Part shown: positions 29,266 to 39,164 of the stretch, piece by piece
How the letters are laid out: each line of letters opens with the position of its first letter
Position numbering within the stretch: position 1 is the first letter of the stretch
Source: Alphaproteobacteria bacterium
GTDB lineage: Bacteria > Pseudomonadota > Alphaproteobacteria > UBA7985 > JAUIBT01
NCBI GenBank assembly: GCA_030432195.1
Contig: JAUIHE010000001.1
Location: 4,634 to 68,633, forward strand
Reading direction: 5' to 3'
DNA: 64,000 nt
Notes under the pieces: model-generated
Seen by the model: the letters and a program-made list of their open reading frames with translations, nothing else
The model's database searches: none
Told to the model about the DNA's origin: nothing
Made by a program: the position numbers and the translations under genes

Positions 29266-30093
29266 CCCTGCCCCATGCCTTCCCACCGGTCGAGGTTGTG
29301 CGCGGTGACAGCCCTGTGGTGTTGGCCATGCCGCACACCGGCACTTATGTACCGCCAGAGATCTTTGCTGCCCTGACCCCGTTGGGCCAGACGCTTGGTG
29401 ATACCGATTGGCACGTAGATCGCCTTTATGACGGTCTGCTGCCCGGCGCGACCCAGGTGCGCGCGCTCTTTCATCGCTATGTGGTGGATGCCAACCGTGA
29501 TCCCTCGGGGGTCAGCCTTTATCCGGGTCAAAACACCACTGGCCTGGTCCCTGTGACCAGCTTCGACGGACTGCCCCTATGGCATCAGGAGCCCGACGCA
29601 GACGCCATTGAAGCCCGCCGTCAAGCCTGGCACGCCCCCTATCACGCCGCCCTTTGCGGGCGAACTGGAGCGCGTTCGCCAGCGCCACGGCGTTGCCATC
29701 CTTTATGATTGTCACTCGATCCGCTCCAAGGTGCCCTTCTTGTTCGACGACACTCTGCCGGATTTCAACATCGGCACCAATGGCGGCCAGACCTGTGCCC
29801 CAGTCCTCCAACAAGCCGTGGTCCAGATTTGCGCAAAAGCCCAGGACTTTAGCCACGTGGTCAATGGCCGCTTCAAAGGCGGCTGGACGACACGCCACTA
29901 TGGTCGCCCCGACCAGGGTATCCACGCCATCCAGATGGAATTGGCGCAAATCACCCATTTGGCCCAAGAGAGCCCGCCCTTTGACTATGCGCCCGGCAAA
30001 GCCGAGGGGCTCAGGGTGCACCTGGCCAAGATATTGAAAACACTTGAAGACCTTGCCCTTAGCGGGGCGCTTGAAACGGGAGGCCGCGCATGA
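29262..30093 (+). pseudogene. hutG: N-formylglutamate amidohydrolase hutG, interrupted by an apparent +1 frameshift at about 29653
   Basis: The N-terminal 130 aa (29262..29652) and the C-terminal part (29650..30093, reading ...PFAGELERVRQRHGVAILYDCHSIRS...) are both HutG-like but lie in different frames. Deleting one T from CCCTTTGCGGG restores ...YHAALAGELERVR. ATGA overlaps with hutH and hutU are preserved. Confidence 0.6.
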
Positions 30094-31760
30094 GCGACGC
30101 ACGACACAATCAGCGAGATATCTATCCTGCAACCGGCAGCCAAATCAGCGCCAAAAGCTGGCTGACCGAAGCGCCCATGCGCATGCTGATGAATAACTTG
30201 CACCCCGATGTCGCCGAAAAGCCGCACGAGCTGGTGGTCTATGGCGGCATTGGGCGTGCGGCGCGCACTTGGAAAGACTTCGATTTGATCGTGGATAGCC
30301 TCAAGAGCCTGGAAGCGGACGAGACCTTGATCGTGCAATCGGGCAAACCCGTCGCCATCATTCGCACTCACGCTGATGCCCCGCGCGTCCTGATCGCCAA
30401 CTCGAACTTGGTGCCGCACTGGGCGACCTGGGATCACTTCAATGAGCTCGATAAAAAGGGCCTGGCTATGTACGGCCAGATGACCGCGGGCTCCTGGATC
30501 TATATTGGCTCGCAAGGCATCGTACAGGGCACCTATGAGACCTTCATGGAGGCCGGACGCCAGCACTACGGCGGCGACCTGAAGGGGCGCTGGATCTTGA
30601 CCGGTGGCCTGGGCGGTATGGGCGGTGCGCAACCCCTGGCAGCGGTCATGGCTGGGGCTTGCTGCCTGGCGGTCGAGTGCGATGAAAAGAGCGCCGACTT
30701 CCGCCTGCGCACCAAGTATGTCGATGAAAAGACCCACTCCTTGGACGAAGCCTTGGCGTTGATCGAGCAGTGGACCGCTGCCGGTGAGGCCAAATCGGTC
30801 GCGCTGATCGCCAATGCCGCCGATATTTTTCCCCAGATCTTTGAGCGCGGCGTGCGCCCGGATATCGTCACCGACCAGACTTCGGCTCACGATCCCATCA
30901 ACGGCTACCTGCCCCAAGGTTGGAGCATCGCCGATTGGCGCGCCAAAGCGGCCAGCGCCCCTAAGGAAGTCGAGGCCGCCGCGCGCGCTTCTATGAAAGT
31001 TCAAGTCGCGGCCATGGTCGCCTTCCACGAGGCCGGTGTGCCGACCGTGGACTATGGCAACAATATCCGCCAAATGGCCTTGGAAGAGGGCCTAGAAAAC
31101 GCCTTTGCCTTCCCCGGTTTCGTGCCTGCCTACATCCGGCCTCTGTTCTGTCGCGGCATCGGGCCCTTCCGTTGGGCGGCGCTGTCTGGAGACCCGCAAG
31201 ACATCTATAAGACCGACCAGAAGGTTAAAGAGCTGCTGCCCGACAATAAGCACCTGCACAATTGGCTCGACATGGCCCGCGAGCGCATCAGCTTCCAAGG
31301 TCTGCCTGCGCGCATTTGCTGGGTGGGTCTTGGCGATCGCCATCGCTTGGGCCTGGCGTTCAACGAGATGGTCGCCAACGGCGAGCTAAGCGCGCCTGTC
31401 GTCATTGGCCGCGATCACCTGGATAGCGGCTCGGTCGCTTCCCCCAACCGCGAGACAGAAGCCATGCGCGACGGCTCCGATGCGGTGTCCGACTGGCCCT
31501 TGCTCAACGCTTTGATCAATACAGCCTCGGGCGCGACTTGGGTCTCTTTGCACCACGGCGGCGGTGTCGGCATGGGCTTCAGCCAGCATGCGGGCATGGT
31601 GATTGTGGCCGACGGGACGCCAGAGGCCGCCAAGCGGCTAGAGCGCGTATTGTGGAATGATCCAGCGTCTGGCGTCTGGCGACACGCCGATGCGGGCTAT
31701 GAGGAGGCCAAGGACTGCGCCCGTCAACACGGCCTGCGCCTACCGGGCATTCTGGACTAG
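30090..31760 (+). CDS. hutU: urocanate hydratase
   Basis: 556 aa, with a highly conserved urocanase sequence throughout, for example [16 protein letters not shown] (NAD site). Confidence 0.95.
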   Translation: MSDARHNQRDIYPATGSQISAKSWLTEAPMRMLMNNLHPDVAEKPHELVVYGGIGRAARTWKDFDLIVDSLKSLEADETLIVQSGKPVAIIRTHADAPRVLIANSNLVPHWATWDHFNELDKKGLAMYGQMTAGSWIYIGSQGIVQGTYETFMEAGRQHYGGDLKGRWILTGGLGGMGGAQPLAAVMAGACCLAVECDEKSADFRLRTKYVDEKTHSLDEALALIEQWTAAGEAKSVALIANAADIFPQIFERGVRPDIVTDQTSAHDPINGYLPQGWSIADWRAKAASAPKEVEAAARASMKVQVAAMVAFHEAGVPTVDYGNNIRQMALEEGLENAFAFPGFVPAYIRPLFCRGIGPFRWAALSGDPQDIYKTDQKVKELLPDNKHLHNWLDMARERISFQGLPARICWVGLGDRHRLGLAFNEMVANGELSAPVVIGRDHLDSGSVASPNRETEAMRDGSDAVSDWPLLNALINTASGATWVSLHHGGGVGMGFSQHAGMVIVADGTPEAAKRLERVLWNDPASGVWRHADAGYEEAKDCARQHGLRLPGILD

Positions 31761-31765
31761 TCGGC

Positions 31766-32602
31766 CTATTTGGTCCCAGCGTGCCTATCGTAGAAGCTGA
31801 AGCCGGAGGGCTGGCGGACAAGCTCGCCTTCTGGCCAACGCAACGCTGTCAGCGTGCCACCGAAAACGCAGCCCGTATCCAGGTTCAAGGTGTTGTTGAG
31901 CCAACGTGCATCTTCGATCGGCGTGTGACCATAGATGACGCTGAAAGGACCGCGCCAATCGGGCGCCCAAACGATCCGCTTGCCGGTGTCGCGGTCCACG
32001 GGTCCATAACAGCAATAGGCGCGCACCGCTGGCCCCGTCTGGCCCAACATGTCAGGGCGTAGACCTGCGTGGGTTATCACCATGCGCCCGTCATCAATCG
32101 CATGGTAGAAGCTGATTGTTTGCAAATAGTCCAACACCGCCTGCGCAAAGGCATCGCTGCAAGCGCGGATTTCTGTGATGCTGGTCTCCAGACCAAAAGC
32201 GATCTGAACGTCGTTGCCCTTTAGCCAACGCATGAAGCGGTCATCATGATTGCCCATAACCGTCATCGCATTGCCCTGGTGTTGCATCCCCATGGCCAAA
32301 CGCAGCACGTTCTTTGTATTGGGACCACGGTCCACCAAATCACCGACGAAATGCAACACGCGCCCTTCGGGATGCGCCGCATAAATGGGCTCTTCGCCGC
32401 CGGGATCAAAGGCCTCGACCCGGTAACCGAGCCTGCGCATCAGCGCCAACAGTTCGTCAAAACAGCCGTGGACATCGCCAACGAAGTCAAACGGTCCAAT
32501 CAGGTTGCGCCGATCCCAATTCCAATGGCCCGTTTGCTTGGGCTCGCCGGAAGAGTCCGTGGCTTTCTTTAGCTTTCGGCTCAAAGCGCCCTCACCTTGC
32601 AA
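31766..32602 (-). CDS. PPP-family metallophosphoesterase (ApaH/PrpA-like phosphatase)
   Basis: It has the motifs GDVHG, GDLVDRG and GNHD. The start is uncertain; the track start overlaps the upstream Sel1/SPOR gene by 22 nt. Confidence 0.7.
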   Translation of the reverse strand: MQGEGALSRKLKKATDSSGEPKQTGHWNWDRRNLIGPFDFVGDVHGCFDELLALMRRLGYRVEAFDPGGEEPIYAAHPEGRVLHFVGDLVDRGPNTKNVLRLAMGMQHQGNAMTVMGNHDDRFMRWLKGNDVQIAFGLETSITEIRACSDAFAQAVLDYLQTISFYHAIDDGRMVITHAGLRPDMLGQTGPAVRAYCCYGPVDRDTGKRIVWAPDWRGPFSVIYGHTPIEDARWLNNTLNLDTGCVFGGTLTALRWPEGELVRQPSGFSFYDRHAGTK

Positions 32603-34629
32603 AAGAAGCCAAGGCTGCCGGCTTTTACGGCGTTACAGACCTGCCAACCCAGTTTTTCGTCCGGGATCGGCCCGGCCACCACGCGAAAACCCTGCTTTCG
32701 CCCGATTGTCACCGGTTCTAGAATTGCCTCCAGGCCGCCCAGAATACTGGGTTCAGACTTCAGCGCGGAAATCCAAAGGTCGGCGCCTTCCTTGCTGGTC
32801 TCCACGGTGCCAACCCACAGGACAAACGGTACGCCTTGCGGCTTGGGCCCAACCAAAATCATCATGCCCTCAGGGGAGGGTTGGAAGGAGGCATTGCCAA
32901 CAGGCTGAGCGGAAGGCGCGCTACCGACAGGCGCGGCGGTCGAGCGATTTGCCGGATAAGTCGGCTGTATGCCTGCAAGGTTTTGGATTTGATTCTGGCT
33001 TTGCGGCCGTAGGGGGCCCAAGCGCTGGCCATTTTGTCCCTGGCCATTTTGACCCTGGCCATTTAGTCCGGCTGCGCCCGTCGCCTGCTGGGGCTGAACC
33101 TGCTGGGGCTGAACCTGCTGGGGCTGAACCGTTAGGGGCTGTGGCACGGGCAACGAAAGGTCGCCATCGTCGGCCTGGTCGCCTCCTTGGCTACCCAACA
33201 GCGGTGTCGCCCCTGGGGCGCCAAGCAGCGCAGTGCCGGATGCCCCTTGAAGCGGGCTTTCAGACAGAGCCGCTGCCATGCTGCCGCTGCCTGCCGATGA
33301 TGCCCCAGTTAGGTTCTGGTTGCCGCTATCAGCGAGCCGCGGGGCGGGGATCGCTGGGACCGTCTCCAGATCAGCTGCGGCACCGGTTTGATTTGCCGCG
33401 GGCTGGCCGTTGGATTGCAGCAACTGCGTATCAACATTGCCCAATTGCAGGCCGCTGAAATCCAGAGCGCCCTTGGCAAGCAAGCTGGGATTAATCAACG
33501 GAGGGCTGCCGTCGAAGGTCTGGAAGCTGTTGGCCTGATTTGCAGCCTGGTTTCCAGCTTGATTTGCAGCCTGATTTGAAGCCTGGCCAGAGGCCTGCCC
33601 GTCGTCCAGCGGGATTGGGGCGGGCACAAGCTGTGAGGCCTGACCGCCTGCCCCCGCCGTCTTTTGCTCGGGCAATCGGGGCACATTCACCGTGCCGGAT
33701 CCGGGCGTAACCAATGGCGCTGAGGGGCTGCTTGTGCCCGCAGCAGAGGACTGAGGCAAGGCCTGGTCTTGCAAGGGCTCGGTGTCCAAGATTTCGCGCT
33801 GAGCCACCAGTCGTGGCAGCTTGGGCAATTTGGCCTGTACGGCCGGATCGTTCAGATTGGCCTCCAGGACGCCCCGGGCTTTCAAATCCGCCACAAAAGC
33901 ATCGGCCGCGTCGTTCCCACCCAACTTTGCCTGCTGCAAAAAGGCCAGAGCCAAGCCTTCGTCTTGCGCCAAACCCAAGCCGCGCAAATAAAACTGCCCC
34001 ATGGCGTAGTGCGCTTGCGGCAAGCCCTGCAAGGCGGCCACAAGCACCAGTCCCAGAGCTTCATCCGTGTCGGCCTCGATACCGCGGCCCGAAAAATAGG
34101 CCAGACCCAGGTTGAATTGCGCGATGGCATTGTTCTTTTTGGCGGCCTGCGTCCAAAGTTCGACAGCCTTTTCTTGGCTCTCGATTACGCCTCGCCCTTC
34201 GGCATAGAGCAGACCCAAGTTGGTCTGCGCTTCGGGCAGGCCACCTTGTGCCGCGCGCTGATAATAGCTGACGGCGAGCAGGGGATCGGGGGCAATGCCC
34301 GGCGCGCCGCTCTCGAATACCAGTGCAAGGCCGTATTGAGCCTCTACGCTGCCTTGCTCGGCCAGCTCGCTCCAAATCGCCACGGCTTCATTGATCCGGC
34401 CTGCTTCCATTTCGGCCAAGCCGTCTTGAAAACTAGCGCCCGAGTTGGCCGCTGGCGCTTGTTGGGCAAAGCTGTGCCCGCCGGCAGCCCCCAAGATCAC
34501 CGCGCCCACCACCAGCGCGCCCACCACCAGCGCGCCCACCACAAGCACGTCGGCAATGACCTTGGCCAGCCTTGCGCGCATCGAAGCAAGCGGGACTAAA
34601 ATGGATGTACGGTCAGAAGGGCCGTTCAT
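32581..34629 (-). CDS. membrane-anchored Sel1-repeat protein with a long Q/N/P-rich linker and a C-terminal SPOR (peptidoglycan-binding) domain
   Basis: There is an N-terminal TM segment (VIADVLVVGALVVGALVVGAVIL), then at least five Sel1-like repeats (AQYGLALVFESG..., AQTNLGLLYAEGRG..., AQFNLGLAYFSGRG..., AHYAMGQFYLRGLG...). A low-complexity linker follows with NQAANQAGNQAANQ, QPQQVQPQQVQPQQ and GQGQNGQGQNGQ repeats. The C-terminus is SPOR-like (FVLWVGTVETSKEGADLWISAL...GFRVVAGPIPDEKLGWQVCN). Confidence 0.7.
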   Translation of the reverse strand: MNGPSDRTSILVPLASMRARLAKVIADVLVVGALVVGALVVGAVILGAAGGHSFAQQAPAANSGASFQDGLAEMEAGRINEAVAIWSELAEQGSVEAQYGLALVFESGAPGIAPDPLLAVSYYQRAAQGGLPEAQTNLGLLYAEGRGVIESQEKAVELWTQAAKKNNAIAQFNLGLAYFSGRGIEADTDEALGLVLVAALQGLPQAHYAMGQFYLRGLGLAQDEGLALAFLQQAKLGGNDAADAFVADLKARGVLEANLNDPAVQAKLPKLPRLVAQREILDTEPLQDQALPQSSAAGTSSPSAPLVTPGSGTVNVPRLPEQKTAGAGGQASQLVPAPIPLDDGQASGQASNQAANQAGNQAANQANSFQTFDGSPPLINPSLLAKGALDFSGLQLGNVDTQLLQSNGQPAANQTGAAADLETVPAIPAPRLADSGNQNLTGASSAGSGSMAAALSESPLQGASGTALLGAPGATPLLGSQGGDQADDGDLSLPVPQPLTVQPQQVQPQQVQPQQATGAAGLNGQGQNGQGQNGQRLGPLRPQSQNQIQNLAGIQPTYPANRSTAAPVGSAPSAQPVGNASFQPSPEGMMILVGPKPQGVPFVLWVGTVETSKEGADLWISALKSEPSILGGLEAILEPVTIGRKQGFRVVAGPIPDEKLGWQVCNAVKAGSLGFFCKVRAL

Positions 34630-35227
34630 AGATCTTTCTTGCCTAAGCGTTGGGTGCCGTCGCGATCACATCGAGCCTGCCATGAGTCACGCCTGGCCTT
34701 CAAGCGCGCCCTTTTACCGGCCAGGCGACCGGTGGCGCTTTGACCTGATCTTTCAGCATGCGGCTCATCAATCGCGTGCAAATGCGACCATTTTATTGAG
34801 CCAGGGTATTGGCACTGGCAAGCCGATGCAAGTCAAGGCTAAAGCCCAATCCGACGGTCAGGTCCGCATCTTGCAAGCCCCACTAAGCATTTAGGTCAAA
34901 TCTGGATTTGAAACGCCCCAGCGACAGCAAAATGCCAGCTTCGGGCTTGCTGGCCCTGGGATCTTCGTGAGCAAAAGCGCGCAGTCGGCCTTTCAGGCGC
35001 AATTTCTGCAATTTCCCGGCCAACCGGTCGCTTGCAGCGTTTGACCGCAGCCCTGGACAGTCGTAGGAAGAAGCCGAACATTGGAGTGTCCGACCGACCT
35101 GGATGCCGCGACAGCGCGCCCTTTGGTCCTACACGCCAAGCCGTCCATCATACACTAACGCACGGGCAAGCCTGCTTCTGAAGCCGCCGCCCGCTGCCGC
35201 TTGCCAATCGAAAGAAGACCCTTGCCC

Positions 35228-37243
35228 ATGCTCGACCAGTCAACGCAAGACAAGACCCTGGCTAACGCGATCCGCTTCTTGTCCGCTGACGCCGTTCAAG
35301 CCGCCAACTCTGGCCACCCTGGCATGCCGCTGGGCATGGCTGATGTCGCTACGGTGCTGTTCAGCAAGCATCTTAAGTTCGATGCCAGCCAGCCCGATTG
35401 GGCTGACCGCGACCGCTTTGTTCTGTCCGCGGGTCACGGTTCCATGCTGCTTTATTCGCTGCTCTATCTGACTGGCTACCCGGAAATGACTTTGGAGCAG
35501 ATCAAGAACTTCCGCCAAATGGGGTCCATCACCGCGGGCCACCCGGAATACGGCCACGCGCCAGGCATCGAGACCACCACCGGACCACTGGGCCAAGGCC
35601 TTGCCATGGCGGTCGGCCTTGCCCTGGGTGAGCGCATGGCCAACGCGCGCTATGGCGACGATCTGGTCAACCACAACACCTACGTCATCGCTGGCGACGG
35701 TTGCTTGATGGAAGGCATCAGCCAAGAGGCCATTTCTTTTGCAGGCCACCAAGGTCTGTCCAAGCTGATCGTCCTGTGGGACGACAACGCCATCACTATC
35801 GACGGTTCGACGGACGTTTCTACCTCTGAAGACCAGCTCAAGCGCTTTGAGGCGGCCGGTTGGGCAACCTTGAGCGTTGACGGCCACGACATGGCCGCTA
35901 TCGACGCGGCCCTGACCCAAGCCAAGACCAGCGACAAGCCCACATTGATCGCTTGCAAGACCGTCATTGGTTGGGGCGCGCCAACGCTGGCGGGCACGGC
36001 CAAGACCCACGGCGCGCCGCTGGGCGCCGAGGAAATCGCAGGTATGCGTGAGGCTTTGGGCTGGGCTGGCGAAGCCTTTGAAACACCCGCCGAAGTCTTG
36101 GACGACTGGCGTGCGATCGGTGCGCGTGGGCAGAGCGACTTTGCGGCTTGGAGCGAGCGCTTCGCCAACGCGTCGCAAGACCTGCGCGACGCCTGGCAGG
36201 CTGCATACGGCGCGGGCGACACCAGCGGACTGAACGACGCCATTGTGGCCCACAAAAAAGCCCTGGCAAAAGACATGCCCAAGGTGGCGACCCGCAAGGC
36301 CAGCGAGGACACGCTCAACGCCATTGCCGACGTTGTACCCGGATTTGTCGGCGGTTCGGCCGATTTGACTGGCTCCAACAACACAAAAGCCAAGAGCCAA
36401 GAGCCCATTCAAAAGGGCGCCTATGGCGGTGCCTACGTTCACTATGGCGTGCGTGAATTCGCCATGGGCGCCATTATGAACGGCTTAGCGTTGCACGGCG
36501 GCTTCCGCCCCTATGGCGGCACCTTCCTGGTCTTCTCGGATTACATGCGCCCGGCTATGCGCCTGGCGGCCTTGATGGGCACGCCCGTCATTTATGTCCT
36601 GACCCACGATTCCATCGGTCTTGGTGAAGACGGCCCCACGCACCAACCGGTCGAGCATGTCGCCAGCCTGCGCGCCATCCCCAATCTGCAAGTCTGGCGT
36701 CCAGCCGACGCGCTGGAGACGGCCGAGGCCTGGCAGGCGGCTCTAGCCAACACCAGCGGCCCGTCGGTTCTGGCTCTGTCTCGTCAGGGTTTGCCTGCTC
36801 TTCGCGCTTCTTCGAAGAAAGAAAACCTGACCGCTAAGGGTGGCTACATCCTGACGGGCGACAAGAGCGAGCGCGATATCACCCTGATGGCCACCGGTTC
36901 AGAGGTGGCGTTGGCGGTCGCGGCGGCCGAAAAGCTGGCCGAAAAGAACATCAAAGCGACCGTCGTCTCTATGCCCTGCCTGGAAGCCTTTGATGCGCAA
37001 CGCAGCAGTTTCCAGCTCGACGTACTAGGCGATGCGCCTGTCTTGGCCATTGAAGCTGGGATCGACCAAGGCTGGTACAAGTACGCCGATGACGTGGTGT
37101 GCATGGAAAGCTTCGGTGCCTCCGCGCCGGCCGGTGAGCTGTTCAAGCACTTCGGTTTTACCGCCGATAATGTGGCAGCGCGCGCCGAACAACTGATCGC
37201 TGACCTGGATGTCGAAGCTCTTTTGAACTCTGAAGGAAAGTAA
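35228..37243 (+). CDS. tkt: transketolase
   Basis: It has the TPP-binding GHPG motif (...ANSGHPGMPLGMADVATVLF) and the characteristic GDGCLMEGIS block. The track start at 35201 is a TTG extension. Confidence 0.9.
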   Translation: MLDQSTQDKTLANAIRFLSADAVQAANSGHPGMPLGMADVATVLFSKHLKFDASQPDWADRDRFVLSAGHGSMLLYSLLYLTGYPEMTLEQIKNFRQMGSITAGHPEYGHAPGIETTTGPLGQGLAMAVGLALGERMANARYGDDLVNHNTYVIAGDGCLMEGISQEAISFAGHQGLSKLIVLWDDNAITIDGSTDVSTSEDQLKRFEAAGWATLSVDGHDMAAIDAALTQAKTSDKPTLIACKTVIGWGAPTLAGTAKTHGAPLGAEEIAGMREALGWAGEAFETPAEVLDDWRAIGARGQSDFAAWSERFANASQDLRDAWQAAYGAGDTSGLNDAIVAHKKALAKDMPKVATRKASEDTLNAIADVVPGFVGGSADLTGSNNTKAKSQEPIQKGAYGGAYVHYGVREFAMGAIMNGLALHGGFRPYGGTFLVFSDYMRPAMRLAALMGTPVIYVLTHDSIGLGEDGPTHQPVEHVASLRAIPNLQVWRPADALETAEAWQAALANTSGPSVLALSRQGLPALRASSKKENLTAKGGYILTGDKSERDITLMATGSEVALAVAAAEKLAEKNIKATVVSMPCLEAFDAQRSSFQLDVLGDAPVLAIEAGIDQGWYKYADDVVCMESFGASAPAGELFKHFGFTADNVAARAEQLIADLDVEALLNSEGK

Positions 37244-37246
37244 CCC

Positions 37247-38428
37247 ATGACCGCTGACGTGACCTTGCCCGACTTCCAACAAGCCGACTTGAGCGGCAAG
37301 CATGTTCTGGTCCGCCTGGACCTCAATGTGCCCATGAAAGACGGCACAGTCACCGATGCGACGCGCATTGATCGCAGCCTGCCCACCGTGCGAGCCCTGC
37401 GGGCCATGGGGGCCAGCGTGGTGATCGGGGCGCATTTGGGCCGCCCCAAGGGCCAGGTCGTCGCTGAATTGAGCTTGGCACCTTTGGTCCCCGAACTAGA
37501 AAGCCGCCTTGGCGAGCCTGTGGTTTTGGCCGAGGCGGACCAAGCACGCACCCAAAGCGCCAAGGTGATCTTGCTGGAAAATCTGCGTTTCAATCCCGGC
37601 GAAGAAAAGAACGATCCGGCTTTCGCTGCGGTCTTGGCCGCGACCGCCGATGCTTACATCGGTGATGCTTTTTCCTGCGCCCACCGTGCGCATGCTTCGA
37701 CCGAAGGGGTGGCGCGCTTGCTGCCGTCTTATGCGGGTCTGCTGATGCGCGAGGAAGTTTCGGCCTTGGAAACAGCGGTCGGCCAAGGCGAACGCCCAAT
37801 CGCCGCCGTGGTTGGCGGCGCCAAGGTTTCAACCAAACTGGCGGTGCTGGAACACCTGATGGAGCGGGTCGATTATCTCATTATCGGCGGCGGCATGGCC
37901 AACACCTTCTTGGCCGCCAAGGGTATCGCGATCGGCACATCCTTGTGCGAGCCCGATCTGCTGGACACCGCGCGCGCCATCATGGCCAAAGCCGAGGCAA
38001 CGGGCCGCCAAATCGTGTTGCCGCTGGACGTTCAAGTTACCCCCGCTTTTGATGCACCGAATAAGGCCCACGTCGTCGCTGTGGACGCGGTGCCCGAAAA
38101 CGAGATGATTTTGGACGTCGGCCCAGCCTCGATCGCCGCGCTCGAGACCCTGCTTGAGGGCTGCAAGACCTTACTTTGGAACGGACCGCTTGGCGTGTTC
38201 GAGGTACCGCCGTTTGATCTGGGGACCAACGCGGTTGCTCAAAAGGCAGCGGTTTTGTCGAAAGACGGACGCATGACCTCTGTTGCGGGTGGTGGTGATA
38301 CCGTTGCCGCCCTGAAACACGCGGGCGCGCTTGAGGACTTCTCCTATGTTTCGACCGCAGGCGGCGCCTTCTTGGAGTGGTTGGAAGGCAAGGAACTGCC
38401 CGGCGTTGCCATACTGCGTCGCCAATGA
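37247..38428 (+). CDS. pgk: phosphoglycerate kinase
   Basis: 393 aa. The N-terminus, KHVLVRLDLNVPM, and the C-terminal GGGDTVAA motif are both present. Confidence 0.95.
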   Translation: MTADVTLPDFQQADLSGKHVLVRLDLNVPMKDGTVTDATRIDRSLPTVRALRAMGASVVIGAHLGRPKGQVVAELSLAPLVPELESRLGEPVVLAEADQARTQSAKVILLENLRFNPGEEKNDPAFAAVLAATADAYIGDAFSCAHRAHASTEGVARLLPSYAGLLMREEVSALETAVGQGERPIAAVVGGAKVSTKLAVLEHLMERVDYLIIGGGMANTFLAAKGIAIGTSLCEPDLLDTARAIMAKAEATGRQIVLPLDVQVTPAFDAPNKAHVVAVDAVPENEMILDVGPASIAALETLLEGCKTLLWNGPLGVFEVPPFDLGTNAVAQKAAVLSKDGRMTSVAGGGDTVAALKHAGALEDFSYVSTAGGAFLEWLEGKELPGVAILRRQ

Positions 38429-38483
38429 GACAGCTCTGGCAGACCGACCGCGTGCGGGTGCCTCAATCCATGAGGCTCATGCT

Positions 38484-39164
38484 ATGAGCTACAAGAGCCT
38501 GGTCTTCGATCTGGACGGCACCCTCATAGATTCCTACCCCGATATCGCGGGCGCCGCCAACGCGCTACTCGCCAGCCACGGACTGCCCCTGATCGAGCCG
38601 TTGGACTTTCGCAAGCGCATTGGCAACGGCATGTATCTTTTGCTGCGCGAAGCCCTGGAAGCGGGTCTTGGCCCTTTGAGCGAGGCCGACTACGAGCGCG
38701 AGCGCGACGCCTTTCGTGCGCTGTACATGGACAGGCTAACACAAGAGACCAGTGTCTTTCCTGGCGTGTCGGCCACGCTGGAGCGCCTGCAAGAAGCCGG
38801 CTATACGCTCAGCATTTGCACCAACAAGGCGCGCGTTGCCGCCCTGCCGCTGACCGAGCATTTCGGCTTGCAACTGGCTATGGATCACATCATCTGCGGG
38901 GACAGCGTGGCGGTCATGAAGCCCGATCCCATGGGGCTGCATTATATCGCAGAGCAGACCGGGATCACCCCAGAAGCAACCCTGATGGTTGGCGATTCTA
39001 TCACCGACTGCAACGCGGCGCGCAATGCGGGTTGTGGTATGGCCCTCATGACCTATGGCTATCGTCGCCACGCGGTCGAGGAGCTGGATTTTGACTACCG
39101 ATGCGATTGCTTTTCCGATCTCCTGCCCCTGCTAGGACTAGCCCCCTTGGAGAAAACCGCCTAA
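38484..39164 (+). CDS. HAD-superfamily hydrolase (phosphoglycolate phosphatase-like)
   Basis: From the ATG at 38484 it reads MSYKSLVFDLDGTLIDS (HAD motif I), with motif IV VGDSITD. There is a GAGG ribosome-binding site 9 nt upstream. The track ORF from 38331 overlaps pgk. Confidence 0.75.
   Translation: MSYKSLVFDLDGTLIDSYPDIAGAANALLASHGLPLIEPLDFRKRIGNGMYLLLREALEAGLGPLSEADYERERDAFRALYMDRLTQETSVFPGVSATLERLQEAGYTLSICTNKARVAALPLTEHFGLQLAMDHIICGDSVAVMKPDPMGLHYIAEQTGITPEATLMVGDSITDCNAARNAGCGMALMTYGYRRHAVEELDFDYRCDCFSDLLPLLGLAPLEKTA

Noticed and set aside
34808-34825. TGGCAC-containing sequence considered as a sigma-54 promoter (rpoN is in the window)
   Set aside because: The downstream element does not match the -12 TTGCW consensus. 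No other convincing -24/-12 pair was seen by eye.
35240-36442. 400-aa minus-strand ORF inside tkt (and 35680..36408)
   Set aside because: It is antisense to transketolase, which is unambiguous, and its composition is biased with no recognisable domains.
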